Assembly: GCA_044507735.1 (NCBI GenBank)
Contig: JBIQJB010000002.1
Coordinates: forward strand, 64,001 to 128,000
Direction: 5' to 3'
DNA length: 64,000 bases
Source: Nitrosopumilales archaeon
GTDB lineage: Archaea; Thermoproteota; Nitrososphaeria; Nitrososphaerales; Nitrososphaeraceae
Shown: positions 39,108 through 48,868 of the stretch, one piece after another
Layout: the number at the start of each line of letters is the position of its first letter
How positions within the stretch are numbered: the first letter of the stretch is position 1
The notes under the pieces: generated by a model
What the model was told of the DNA's origin: nothing
What the model saw: only the letters and a program-made list of their open reading frames with translations
Databases searched by the model: none
Made by a program: the position numbers and the translations under genes

Positions 39108-40340
39108 ATGTCGCAACAAATGTCGCTAAAATCAGACGATCCAAACTATTATGCGCATCAGTACAACTGGATGGGTGAAAACGGCCAGAAGAGAAGGATA
39201 AGGATCCTTGATAGCACGCTAAGAGAAGGCGAGCAGCACCCCGGAGTATCTTTTACCACAAAGCAGAGAATCCAAATCGCTTGGATGCTCGATTCGTTTG
39301 GGGTCGACCAGATTGAGATAAGCCCTGTCGTTTCGCCTGATCATGCTGAAGCCACAAAGACCATAATCAAGCAGGGATTGCGCGCAGACATTGTTGCGCA
39401 CACAAGGGCGATCAAGTCGGACGTTGACGTTGCCATTGACTGCGGCGCGACATGGGTCGCGACCTACATGGGTATTTCAGACATTCACATATCTGCCAAG
39501 CTAAAGATCACTCGTGAAGAGGCAAAGTCAAGGGCCCTCGAAGTAGCCGACTACATCAAGGCTCATGGCCTGAAGGCAAGGTTTACAATGGAAGATGCCA
39601 GTAGAACCGAGCCGGCGTTCCTCATCGAGATGTGCAGGGAAATGAACAAGCGTGGCATCGAGAGAATAAGCATACCCGATACTGTTGGCATCATGCGTCC
39701 GCGCGGTATGTACAACTTGGTCAAGATGGTTCATGACAGCCTTGACACTTCAAGGACGTCACTTGACGTACACTGCCACAACGACATAGGTCTTGCTCTG
39801 GCAAACGCCTTGGCGGGATGTGAAGCAGGAGCCGACCAGATCCACACGACCATCGACGGCCTTGGGGAACGGACTGGGATCCCAAGTCTCGCAGAAACGG
39901 CAGTCGCGCTCACGCTGATTTACAAGTCAAATAACGATCTGCGCCTGCACATGCTCAAGGATCTATCAAAGACGATCTCTGACTATGTCGGACTGCAAAT
40001 ACCCGAATCAAAGCCAATAGTGGGCGATAGTGCATACAAGCACAAGGCCGGGACGCACTTGGCAGCAATACTTCGTAACCCCTCCGCATACGAGATAATC
40101 GAGCCAAAATTAGTCGGCAACAGGCGCAAGATAGTATTTGGCGAGCTTGCCGGCAAGAACGGTGCCGCATATCTGCTATCGTTGCTTGGATTGGAAACTG
40201 GCAAGGCCGAAGCGGAAGCCCTAGCACGCGGTCTGAAAGAGCTTCGAATGGGAGACATACTCGAGCTCTATCTTGACGACAGGCTGGAGAGAAAGATACT
40301 TAATGACGCTGCTGTAAATCTAAGCACAACAAAGGAGTAA
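39108..40340 (+). CDS. Homocitrate synthase (DRE-TIM, LeuA family)
   Basis: DSTLREGEQ, HCHND, GLGERTG and HKAG motifs; no LeuA regulatory domain; directly precedes lysW. Confidence 0.85.
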   Translation: MSQQMSLKSDDPNYYAHQYNWMGENGQKRRIRILDSTLREGEQHPGVSFTTKQRIQIAWMLDSFGVDQIEISPVVSPDHAEATKTIIKQGLRADIVAHTRAIKSDVDVAIDCGATWVATYMGISDIHISAKLKITREEAKSRALEVADYIKAHGLKARFTMEDASRTEPAFLIEMCREMNKRGIERISIPDTVGIMRPRGMYNLVKMVHDSLDTSRTSLDVHCHNDIGLALANALAGCEAGADQIHTTIDGLGERTGIPSLAETAVALTLIYKSNNDLRLHMLKDLSKTISDYVGLQIPESKPIVGDSAYKHKAGTHLAAILRNPSAYEIIEPKLVGNRRKIVFGELAGKNGAAYLLSLLGLETGKAEAEALARGLKELRMGDILELYLDDRLERKILNDAAVNLSTTKE

Positions 40341-40348
40341 AAGTTGAC

Positions 40349-40516
40349 ATGGTCAAATGTCCAGAATGCGATGCAGAGATCAAGATACCTTCGGATTCGA
40401 TAGAGGGAGAAATCGTAACCTGTCCTGACTGCGGAGCAAGCTACGAGCTTGTCAAGTCTGCAGATGGCTTTGGTATTAAACCGGCGCAGGTTGTCGGCGA
40501 GGACTGGGGTCAGTGA
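40349..40516 (+). CDS. lysW: LysW amino-group carrier protein, 55 aa, C-terminus EDWGQ
   Basis: Hand-translated MVKCPECDAEIKIPSDSIEGEIVTCPDCGASYELVKSADGFGIKPAQVVGEDWGQ; lies between homocitrate synthase and lysX. Confidence 0.93.
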   Translation: MVKCPECDAEIKIPSDSIEGEIVTCPDCGASYELVKSADGFGIKPAQVVGEDWGQ

Positions 40517-41415
40517 GGCAGGAAAAGGATAGCCACGATCAGTCGTCATCGTCCAATTTTTCCGGCAACTCTCTTATCATCCTCTATGATAACATAAGGT
40601 GGGAAGAAAAGGCCCTTTACGAGGCTGCAAAGAAAAAGGGAGTGGCAGTCGAAAATGTCGACTGCAAGAACCTTGTTGCGAGACTGAACGACAGGCAATC
40701 AAAATACAGGGGTCAGGTTGTACTCCAGAGGAGCGTCAGCTATTTCAAAAACGTACATTCTACGGCAGCGCTTGAGGGCTTGGGAGCACGCGTGATAAAC
40801 CCCTCCCACGCTGCAATTCTCTGCGGCAACAAGATGTATGCCCACATAGAGCTCGAAAAGGCTGGTGTCAAGACGCCCAAGGCAGTGGCGGCATTTTCAG
40901 AAGAGGGGGCTTTGGCCGCCCTTGACGAATTGGGCTACCCTGCAGTCATCAAGCCCACTGTGGGAAGCTGGGGTAGGCTTATCGCGCTATTGCGCGACAA
41001 GGAGGCAGCCCGTGCAGTTATTGAAGACAGAGAGCACATGTTCCCACTTTACCATGTTTATTACTTTGAAGAGTTTATAGAACGTCCGCCCCGGGACATA
41101 AGGGCGATAGTGGTTGGTGACCGAGTAGTGGCTGCGATATATCGCTACTCTGGTGAAGGTGAGTGGAAGACTAACATGGCGCTCGGGGGCCATGCAGAAG
41201 CGTGCCCTGTCACTAAAGAACTTGAAGATATCTGCCTCAAAGCCACACACGCCCTTGGCGGTCAGATAGTGGGTGTGGATCTGATGGAGAGCAAGAGTGA
41301 AGGATTAGTGGTTCACGAAGTTAACAATACCACCGAGTTTAAGAATACTGTCAGGGTTACAGGAGTTGACATCCCCGGATTGATGGTAGACTATGCGCTA
41401 GCGCAAGGAAAGTAA
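40513..41415 (+). CDS. lysX: LysX ATP-grasp ligase (alpha-aminoadipate-LysW ligase family)
   Basis: IRWEEKAL, KPTVGSWGRL, WKTNMALGG and EVNNTTEFKN motifs. Confidence 0.92.
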   Translation: MRQEKDSHDQSSSSNFSGNSLIILYDNIRWEEKALYEAAKKKGVAVENVDCKNLVARLNDRQSKYRGQVVLQRSVSYFKNVHSTAALEGLGARVINPSHAAILCGNKMYAHIELEKAGVKTPKAVAAFSEEGALAALDELGYPAVIKPTVGSWGRLIALLRDKEAARAVIEDREHMFPLYHVYYFEEFIERPPRDIRAIVVGDRVVAAIYRYSGEGEWKTNMALGGHAEACPVTKELEDICLKATHALGGQIVGVDLMESKSEGLVVHEVNNTTEFKNTVRVTGVDIPGLMVDYALAQGK

Positions 41416-41422
41416 AGAAGAA

Positions 41423-42541
41423 TTGGTATCGCCAAGTTACGCAGTAGAATTATTGAAAAAGGCACTAGAGCTTTACACTCCTTCCAGGTCAGAGGCTGCA
41501 CTTGCCAACATGATAAAGGACAAGTGCGTCAATGAGCTTGGCTTTGAGCAGGTTAACATTGACAATGTCGGCAACATCATTGCCACGAAAGGCACGGGTG
41601 AGCCCCGTATACTTCTATGCGGCCACATGGACACGGTGCCCGGTCAGGTGCCGGTGAGGATTGAAGATGGCTACATCTATGGCCGTGGTGCTTCCGATGC
41701 AAAGGCTCCTCTAATTGCAATGCTGCTCGCAGCATCCGAATTTCCAAAGCAAAGTGGTACAGTCATCTTTGCAGGAGTCGTTGATGAAGAGGGCAATGCT
41801 ACGGGGGTAAAACAATTGGTCAAGAGTAAGATGGGAGTGGACTATGCAGTTTTTGGAGAACCCTCGGGCGTTGAAAGCATTACAGTGGCCTACAAGGGAA
41901 GGCTTGCAATCCGGCTCACTTGCGACGTTGGCGACAGTGCTCATGCGAGTGCGCCGTGGCTTGCCAAAAACGCGATAGAAGAGATGTATGATTTCTGGAG
42001 TGCGATCAAGGCAGAGATAGAGCGCGTCGGGACGGCCGAAAATAAGGCCAAGTCAATCAGCTGCAGTCTGACAGAGATAACTGGAGGATCAAGCCACAAC
42101 GTTACTCCCCAGAAATGCAAGATTACCATGGACATCCGGGTTCCTACAATCACGACTTGCGAAAACGTACTCAGGATTGTCGATACGGTAGTTGCAAAGG
42201 TTGCTGCGGAAAAAGGAGTCAAAGCCACTTACCGTATAGAGGACAAGACCGAGCCCTTTGAAGCAGATCATTCTTCTCCGCTTGTAAGGTCACTGTTGCT
42301 CGCAGTGCTGGACGTCCGCAAAAGGCGGCCAATGCTTTTGCGCAAGACAGGAACAGGCGACATGAATGTACTTGGGCACAGCTTCAAGATACCTGTCATA
42401 ACATATGGACCCGGTGACCCTCATGCGTCACACACTGCCGACGAGCGCGTCAACATCGAGGAATATGTCTCAAGCATCGAAGTTTACCAGCGTGCACTGT
42501 TCCACCTCTCGCGCTTGCACCACCTGAAAAAGAAGCAATAG
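41423..42541 (+). CDS. lysK: LysK [LysW]-lysine/ornithine hydrolase (M20 family)
   Basis: GHMDTVPG, GRGASDAK, DEE, GEP, KTGTGDMN and YGPGD motifs. Confidence 0.92.
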   Translation: MVSPSYAVELLKKALELYTPSRSEAALANMIKDKCVNELGFEQVNIDNVGNIIATKGTGEPRILLCGHMDTVPGQVPVRIEDGYIYGRGASDAKAPLIAMLLAASEFPKQSGTVIFAGVVDEEGNATGVKQLVKSKMGVDYAVFGEPSGVESITVAYKGRLAIRLTCDVGDSAHASAPWLAKNAIEEMYDFWSAIKAEIERVGTAENKAKSISCSLTEITGGSSHNVTPQKCKITMDIRVPTITTCENVLRIVDTVVAKVAAEKGVKATYRIEDKTEPFEADHSSPLVRSLLLAVLDVRKRRPMLLRKTGTGDMNVLGHSFKIPVITYGPGDPHASHTADERVNIEEYVSSIEVYQRALFHLSRLHHLKKKQ

Positions 42542-42598
42542 CAGTTACAGGGATAACGATGCCAAAATATAGGCGTCGACTGCCTGATATTTCGATAT

Positions 42599-43672
42599 AT
42601 GCTATGGTTTGTAGGTACTGGTATTGATGGGTACAGAGGCTTAAGCCTTGCAGCACTTGATGTCTTGAAGAAATGCGACACCATCTATGCTGAAAGGTTC
42701 ACTAGTGCCCTCTCGGACAAGGACCTGGAAGGAATCAATGCATTGGTTGGAAAGGAGGTCAAGTCAGTCCAGAGAAGCTTTGTCGAGGACGGAAGAGAGA
42801 TTCTTGAAAACGCAAAGAAAAGCGAAATTGCACTTGTTACATACGGGGACCCGATGATTGCCACAACGCACAGTGAGCTTCGTGCAAGGGCTGCTAAGCA
42901 TTCCGTCAAGACAGCAGTTCTTCATGCCGCGTCAGGAATATCATCGACAATTGGAGAAACAGGCCTGCATGTATACAAGTTTGGCAGGATGGTTACGATG
43001 ATGTCGGAGCCCCAATCAGCAATCAGCGTTTACAATACCATTTTTGAGAACCTGCTTGCAGGGAACCACACTCTTGTCTTGACAGAGTATAGCAGTAGTC
43101 ATGACGAGCGCGGACAACCATTCTTTCTGGAACCCCCGACTGCGTTCAAGATGCTTCTTGATGTAGAGCGCGATCAAAGGTATCAGGTCTTTTCGAACAA
43201 TACCTTCGTAGTAGTTGCGTCGAGGGTTGGTCAGTCTGACCAGAGAGTGGTGTCGGGCAAGGCTGGCTCGCTGGCAAAGATCGACTTTGGAGCAGGCCCC
43301 CACATAGTAGTTGTCACTGGCTCCATGCATTTCACTGAATCTGAAGCAGTAGCAGCGTTGACTGAAAGCTTCGACCCGCCAGCGGATAATTCGCAAGGGA
43401 TCAAAAGGATCGCTACGCAAATGATTGAGCGTTATGCGCCGAAAGCCAAGGTTGCGGCACGGGAAATGCGTGAAATCATAAGGCGAGACGCAGGAGACAA
43501 TAAAGGCATGTTCGATGTCCTAGACAACGCAGAGTATTACATTGCAGATGCCGAGCGTTTTCTCCGTCAGGCCAAGTTCGAGCTGGCTGTACTGAGCATC
43601 GGCTATGCTGAGGGCCTTGTTGATGCACTCAGATTCCAGAAAGGGATCAACCCTTGGGAAACTTCTGATTGA
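42599..43672 (+). CDS. dph5: Diphthine synthase with C-terminal DUF357-like extension
   Basis: LWFVGTG, GDPMIATTH, GLHVYKFGR and HTLVL motifs. Confidence 0.92.
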   Translation: MLWFVGTGIDGYRGLSLAALDVLKKCDTIYAERFTSALSDKDLEGINALVGKEVKSVQRSFVEDGREILENAKKSEIALVTYGDPMIATTHSELRARAAKHSVKTAVLHAASGISSTIGETGLHVYKFGRMVTMMSEPQSAISVYNTIFENLLAGNHTLVLTEYSSSHDERGQPFFLEPPTAFKMLLDVERDQRYQVFSNNTFVVVASRVGQSDQRVVSGKAGSLAKIDFGAGPHIVVVTGSMHFTESEAVAALTESFDPPADNSQGIKRIATQMIERYAPKAKVAAREMREIIRRDAGDNKGMFDVLDNAEYYIADAERFLRQAKFELAVLSIGYAEGLVDALRFQKGINPWETSD

Positions 43673-44214
43673 CATATATTATATATGAGAGGCAGAGATG
43701 GACAGCCGTGTCAGACGATCAAGCCTTCAAGTTGCTCGCCGATAGCAAGGTACAGGAATTTAACAGCTGGAGGATGAAGAACCTGACAGCAAAGCTTGAC
43801 CTTACTGGGAAAGACCTGTCGGGCAGAAATCTGGCGGGAGCATACCTGAATGGAGTCGTTGCAGACAAGGCAAACTTTTCAGGGGCAAATCTTGCCCGAG
43901 CAAATTTTGTACAGGCAAGCCTGAACGGCGCGAATTTTGAAAATGCAGACCTTACAGATACTCTGCTAATGTACACCGAAATGAAAGATGCGCGGCTAGC
44001 GGGATCTAGCCTGCAAGGAACCAACTTTATGTGGGCCAACCTTCAAGGTGCAGACCTTACTTCGAGCAAGATGTACAAGACCGTATTTGTTGAGGCAAAC
44101 CTGCAAAATGCCAAGGTCGCTGGTGCCGATAGAGCCGGGGCTTTTCTAAAATACGCCAAGCTAGATGGCACGGAATGGTTCGAGCACGCCGCTGAAAAAA
44201 AGGCTACCACTTGA
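43669..44214 (+). CDS. Pentapeptide-repeat protein
   Basis: Tandem A(N/D)(L/F)xx repeats. Confidence 0.9.
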   Translation: MTYIIYERQRWTAVSDDQAFKLLADSKVQEFNSWRMKNLTAKLDLTGKDLSGRNLAGAYLNGVVADKANFSGANLARANFVQASLNGANFENADLTDTLLMYTEMKDARLAGSSLQGTNFMWANLQGADLTSSKMYKTVFVEANLQNAKVAGADRAGAFLKYAKLDGTEWFEHAAEKKATT

Positions 44215-44739
44215 TGCAGGTCCCGTTGCCAAGTGCAACTGTAGTGTTCTTTCCTGCCTTTTCACCAAGCTAGATGTCCAGCTTGTTGGTACGCTGACAG
44301 ATGTCATGCTGCTGCAGCATGACATGGAATGCACTTTCTCTGTGGTTGGACTTCGCTGCCAAAATTTCTGTCACTTTGTCTGAATGGAACACATAGGGGT
44401 AGTCCCCGCCCCCACCCGCATATGCTTCAAGAGGGTGTGCGTACAAGCTATTCCTGGTATTGGACTGCCGCGCATTTCTTGCCTTAGGCCATCTTCTCCG
44501 CATTGTCATGCACGATTTCGATCAGATTGAAAATGCTGTATAGATTTTCCTCCACACACACATGCCTGACCCGGCATTCGTTGTAAGAATGCAGGATGTT
44601 AACTCTGGGCACAAGGAGTGACGACAAAAGCCAAGCCCTGCGGAGCTTCGTTAAACCTCTTTGACAGGCAGGCCCGCTACGCTATGGCGTACCAATTTCC
44701 AAAGATTTATTAATTATCAAAGAATCCTTTTCTCTTAGT

Positions 44740-45348
44740 ATGGCGCAAACGCCTCCAGCCGGAGGAAAAGTATCGCGGCGCGACTTTCTAAAACTGATGG
44801 CAGCCGCCGGTACAGTCATGACGTTTGCACCCTTTGTTGACTGGGGCAAGTTTCTTCCTAACCCCTCTGGTAGCGTATCAGAGAGAGTAAAGGCGCAACT
44901 TGCCAATGGTGAAGTTGTCAACATCAACGACTTTGAACCTAATTCCTCCAAAGTAATCATTTATCCAAGGAGCGAAGACGAAGTCCTTAACAAGGAAGCA
45001 TTCCGCACATGGCAGCTGATCCGCCTTCCAGTGGAGCTGGGCGGAGACCGTAATGATGCTTCCGCTTTTCGCGCTTATAGCATGGTTTGCTTGCACCTCT
45101 GGTGCCTCTGGAAATACTGGCCGCAGGAAGGAAGGAAGAGGGGAGAATGCCCCTGCCACGGTAGCATGTATGACCCACTGACTGGCAAAGCATTCGCAGG
45201 TCCTGCATCTTTACAAGGACCGCCTTCAAACGTTCTACCAAAACTTGATTTAGATGTCGATCCAAATGGTGACCTGGTTGTACTGCCTCCTAGATGGGAC
45301 CCTAATGCAAATGGAATAGTTGGATATGGGCGCTACCTTAACGTATGA
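44740..45348 (+). CDS. Rieske [2Fe-2S] subunit of complex III, Tat-exported
   Basis: SRRDFLK twin-arginine signal; CLHLWC and CPCHGS motifs. Confidence 0.95.
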   Translation: MAQTPPAGGKVSRRDFLKLMAAAGTVMTFAPFVDWGKFLPNPSGSVSERVKAQLANGEVVNINDFEPNSSKVIIYPRSEDEVLNKEAFRTWQLIRLPVELGGDRNDASAFRAYSMVCLHLWCLWKYWPQEGRKRGECPCHGSMYDPLTGKAFAGPASLQGPPSNVLPKLDLDVDPNGDLVVLPPRWDPNANGIVGYGRYLNV

Positions 45349-46960
45349 GAATAGCTTTGTAAGATTCGTCCGGTGGGTATACGCCGGACTAGAGCGAACC
45401 ATATTCATGGGGATGAAGTTCACCCTCCCCGGCAGGTTCGTCAGCCCGCTAGGCTTCCTCGGCATGCTTACTTTTATCATTTTCATCATGCTTGGCATCA
45501 CCGGCGCGCTCTTGATGCTTTGGTATGAGCCCATACTCGACAGGGCTTGGCACAGCGTGGAGAACATCAACGACACCATCCCATACGGATTCCATATACG
45601 TAATATTCACTATCACGCATCAAACGCGATGGTCATGATGGCGCTCCTGCACATGTACTATCAGTACTTTAGCGGTCGCTACAAGATCCGAAACGAAATA
45701 CTCTGGGTTACCGGCATCATACTTGGCGTCCTGACAATCCTTGAAGCATTTACTGGTTATGACATCATCTTTAGCGAGCGTGCTGAACTGGCAATTTCGA
45801 TCGCAGCCTCTCTCACCAACTCGATACCTGTCATGGGTCCGCAGATGAGAGATGCATTCTTTGGGGCAGGTTTCCATGACTTTATCCTGAGGTTCTATAC
45901 ATTCCACGTGTTCATGCTACCTATAGCCATGCTTGGCCTCATGGTAGTTCACTTTCCAAGATTCTTGGTCTTTGACGTACCTATGGTTATGGCAGTAGCT
46001 GGTGCAATCATGCTTACAGGAGGGGTGTTCCCCGTTCACATGGGTCTACCCTTTGAACCCGAAACGCCACCAGGCATCACTGTCCCCGAGTGGTACTTGA
46101 CAGGTCTCTACGCATTCCTGCGTACAATGTATGACAAGTTTGTAACAGGCGTGCTGTGGCCCGGGCTGTTCATATTTGCACTATTGATAGTGCCGTTCAT
46201 AGACAAGTACAAGAAATTCTCTTGGAAAGACCGGCCAATAGTGACCGCACTGGGCATTACAAGCCTTGCACAGATCATTGTCACTACGTACTGGGGCTTT
46301 TACATCGACCCGGACATTGACAAAGCGTTGCTTGAGAGGCTCGTAATCGACCCAATATTCTTCTATACGGTCATGATATTGCTGGTACCGCTGTCATTTG
46401 GGTTCACTTACATGATGATAAAACTGGCCAGACACGCCGAAGCAAATGCCAAGCTCCAGCCAAAGAAGGCGGCAAAGGGCTCGATCAATATCTCACTCAA
46501 ATGGATCTATGCCTTGTTCGTGGTGCTTCTTGCATTCCAAGTGTATCTCAACATTGCTGCATACTATGCGGTATTGCAGGGCATGAACAACTGGTCCCTG
46601 TTCATAATGGGAATAATCATGCTAGTATTTGCAGGCATGTTCCACCTCTACAGATATGGAAGGTCTTTACAGAAGGCCCCGCCACCAAAGCCTGTACCCC
46701 CAGCGCCGGCAAAGCCAGCCGCAGCTCCGGCTCCCAAGCCCGCCCCAGCAGCTCCAGCACCCGAGAAGCCCCTCGCAGCTCCCCCTACAGCTCCTGCAGC
46801 AAAAGTCAGTTCTGATCAAAAGCCCCAACTCCCACAGCAACAAGGAAAGCAAGCTGCGGCGTCAACTGGTGGCGACAAGACTGTCGCATCCCTTCAGGGC
46901 CCCTCTACTCTCCCTTCAGAAGCTGGGCTCGACGGTCCTGACAAGAAAGTCGGCACCTGA
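45326..46960 (+). CDS. petB: Cytochrome b subunit of complex III with Pro/Ala-rich tail
   Basis: RNIHYHAS...LLH, FYTFHVF...VVH and PEWY motifs. Confidence 0.95.
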   Translation: MGATLTYENSFVRFVRWVYAGLERTIFMGMKFTLPGRFVSPLGFLGMLTFIIFIMLGITGALLMLWYEPILDRAWHSVENINDTIPYGFHIRNIHYHASNAMVMMALLHMYYQYFSGRYKIRNEILWVTGIILGVLTILEAFTGYDIIFSERAELAISIAASLTNSIPVMGPQMRDAFFGAGFHDFILRFYTFHVFMLPIAMLGLMVVHFPRFLVFDVPMVMAVAGAIMLTGGVFPVHMGLPFEPETPPGITVPEWYLTGLYAFLRTMYDKFVTGVLWPGLFIFALLIVPFIDKYKKFSWKDRPIVTALGITSLAQIIVTTYWGFYIDPDIDKALLERLVIDPIFFYTVMILLVPLSFGFTYMMIKLARHAEANAKLQPKKAAKGSINISLKWIYALFVVLLAFQVYLNIAAYYAVLQGMNNWSLFIMGIIMLVFAGMFHLYRYGRSLQKAPPPKPVPPAPAKPAAAPAPKPAPAAPAPEKPLAAPPTAPAAKVSSDQKPQLPQQQGKQAAASTGGDKTVASLQGPSTLPSEAGLDGPDKKVGT

Positions 46961-47017
46961 AAGGCGAGCAGACAAACAAGCTTTATATGTGAAAATAGAA
47001 AGATTCAAGATCGAGTT

Positions 47018-47476
47018 ATGGCAAACCACGCCGGCGGCATTAGCATCGTTGCATTTATTGTTGCACTAGCTATAAGCATGGGATACTATCAGTTCATTTA
47101 TCTTCCAGAAGCCAATGCCAAGCCTATCCTGCCTGAAGCAGTAATCAATCCCCGAGAGACAACTGAAGTGCAAATTGTAGAAGGTGCGGGTTTGGAATCC
47201 AATCCTAGGAACTTCGTTCCAGCTCAAGTTCGTGGTGCCCTGGGTCTGTCAAACAGAGTGCTGTGGACTAACAACGATGGAACTGCCCACACTGTCACAA
47301 GCGATTATGTGGACAGAGTCAACGGTCCGTTTGATTCTACGCAGCAGCTCGGTACACTCATCATGCCAGGCCAGACGTTCGAGTTCGTGTTCACCGCAGA
47401 AGGCAAATACGCGTATAATTGCACACCTCATCCGCACATGAGGGGTGTGGTAGAGATAGTTCCGAACTTCGCCTAG
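47018..47476 (+). CDS. Membrane-anchored plastocyanin-like blue copper protein
   Basis: NNDGTAHTVT and YNCTPHPHMRG: intact His/Cys/His/Met ligand set. Confidence 0.92.
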   Translation: MANHAGGISIVAFIVALAISMGYYQFIYLPEANAKPILPEAVINPRETTEVQIVEGAGLESNPRNFVPAQVRGALGLSNRVLWTNNDGTAHTVTSDYVDRVNGPFDSTQQLGTLIMPGQTFEFVFTAEGKYAYNCTPHPHMRGVVEIVPNFA

Positions 47477-47844
47477 GTCTTTTTTACCACTTTTATGTAG
47501 GCGATGTCGCTCACAACTTCTTTGTGTTCTTGTATTATGGAGACTCGGAATTTGACGTTTGACGCATCTCCTGCAGGAACATGGTTAGTGACAGCCGTAA
47601 ACTCGATGGTGGTCTTGCCGCCAAGTTCAGCCCTGAATATCGAGAGGCGGGCATAGGGGTGCTTGATCTTCTTTCCATTGAGGTTGACATATGAGAACAC
47701 ATCACTGGAATTCTCAATCTGAGAATTGATGACCAGGCTGTCGAACCTACCTGGATAGTTGATAACCACCGTCCCATGCAGCTCTTCGCCTGCTGCTACA
47801 GAGCTTTCCGCCAGTGAGACAGAAATCTGCTTTTGAGAGCTCAT
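47473..47844 (-). CDS. Hypothetical beta-sandwich protein
   Basis: ORF starting MSSQKQ. Confidence 0.6.
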   Translation of the reverse strand: MSSQKQISVSLAESSVAAGEELHGTVVINYPGRFDSLVINSQIENSSDVFSYVNLNGKKIKHPYARLSIFRAELGGKTTIEFTAVTNHVPAGDASNVKFRVSIIQEHKEVVSDIAYIKVVKKT

Positions 47845-47976
47845 CAGCAAAAACTCCATAAGGGATGAATTTAAACCAACTCGAGCCCCGGACGCTTTCA
47901 TAATTTTTAGCTAATTATCGAAAATGCTTGAGCATGCAGATAGAAAAGACATACGTCGATTGCAGGAGCAAGGCAT

Positions 47977-48228
47977 ATGGTAACCGAATGTCCGGTATGC
48001 AGCGGCAAAGTTTACGAGTACAGTGACGGCAGATGGAAGGAATGGATATGTTGGAGATGTGGCCATTATGAATCCGACACGCCCGCCTTCAGGGAATACC
48101 CACATCTGTTCAGCGACATAGTACGAAAAAACGCCAATTATTTCCTTGAGAAGTACGCCCGATATGGAAGAGGGTCAGCGTTACGAAAAGGAATCCCGAC
48201 AACCTGGGGCAGTGGTTGGGAGAAGTAA
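47977..48228 (+). CDS. Small Zn-ribbon protein
   Basis: CPVC...CWRCGH. Confidence 0.7.
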   Translation: MVTECPVCSGKVYEYSDGRWKEWICWRCGHYESDTPAFREYPHLFSDIVRKNANYFLEKYARYGRGSALRKGIPTTWGSGWEK

Positions 48229-48303
48229 TGTTGAATTCGCGTAGTTGAGCGTCCAGCTAAAGTCTTGTGTATAGATAAAGTCTTAAGGTAGTTTGTCCCC
48301 CTT

Positions 48304-48834
48304 ATGTTACGGATGCGTCTATCCAGCATCACAATAGATGCCGATGGATCCCCGTCCGGTTACATTGCTTGGTACAACCATTACACCGGGAAGCAGGAAG
48401 TGAGAGTTCTCCGTCCTCCCGCAAGGAATGAAAAATTTGGCGTCCAGAAGATGGAGATGCTGGCAATTTATTTCGCCATTGTGAAAAACCTGCGCCAGAT
48501 CAACATCTTGGCCAACTGTCAGAAGAAAAAGCAGATAGTGGTAAACATCAGGAGCGATTCAAAAACTTGCATAGAACAGTTGCAGGGCATATCAAAGATC
48601 AGAGACGCTGTGCTGCAGAGGATATGCACATCAATACGAAAACTCTTGGACAAGATGCCGTACATGATCGTTTTCAACCATCTCGAAAGAGCAAGGAATC
48701 AAGCTGGACTCCTGTTGGAACAAAAGAGGAGGAAAGAAATAGAGAAGCAATTGGAACATCAGTACCAAAAGCAATATTGCTATAGTGCGGGAACACTAGT
48801 CCTAGACAGAGAGTACCGGCTGACTACTGCATAA
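48304..48834 (+). CDS. RNase H-like fold protein
   Basis: IDADGS, MEMLAIYFAI, IRSDSK and FNHLERARNQA motifs. Confidence 0.75.
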   Translation: MLRMRLSSITIDADGSPSGYIAWYNHYTGKQEVRVLRPPARNEKFGVQKMEMLAIYFAIVKNLRQINILANCQKKKQIVVNIRSDSKTCIEQLQGISKIRDAVLQRICTSIRKLLDKMPYMIVFNHLERARNQAGLLLEQKRRKEIEKQLEHQYQKQYCYSAGTLVLDREYRLTTA

Positions 48835-48868
48835 ATATATTAGGTGAGGCACGGTAGTATCGAACTGA

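Noticed and set aside
44215-44700. 79-aa ORF and small hairpins (GCATTC/GAATGC) upstream of the Rieske gene
   Set aside because: ORF lacks motifs; stems are short enough to arise by chance
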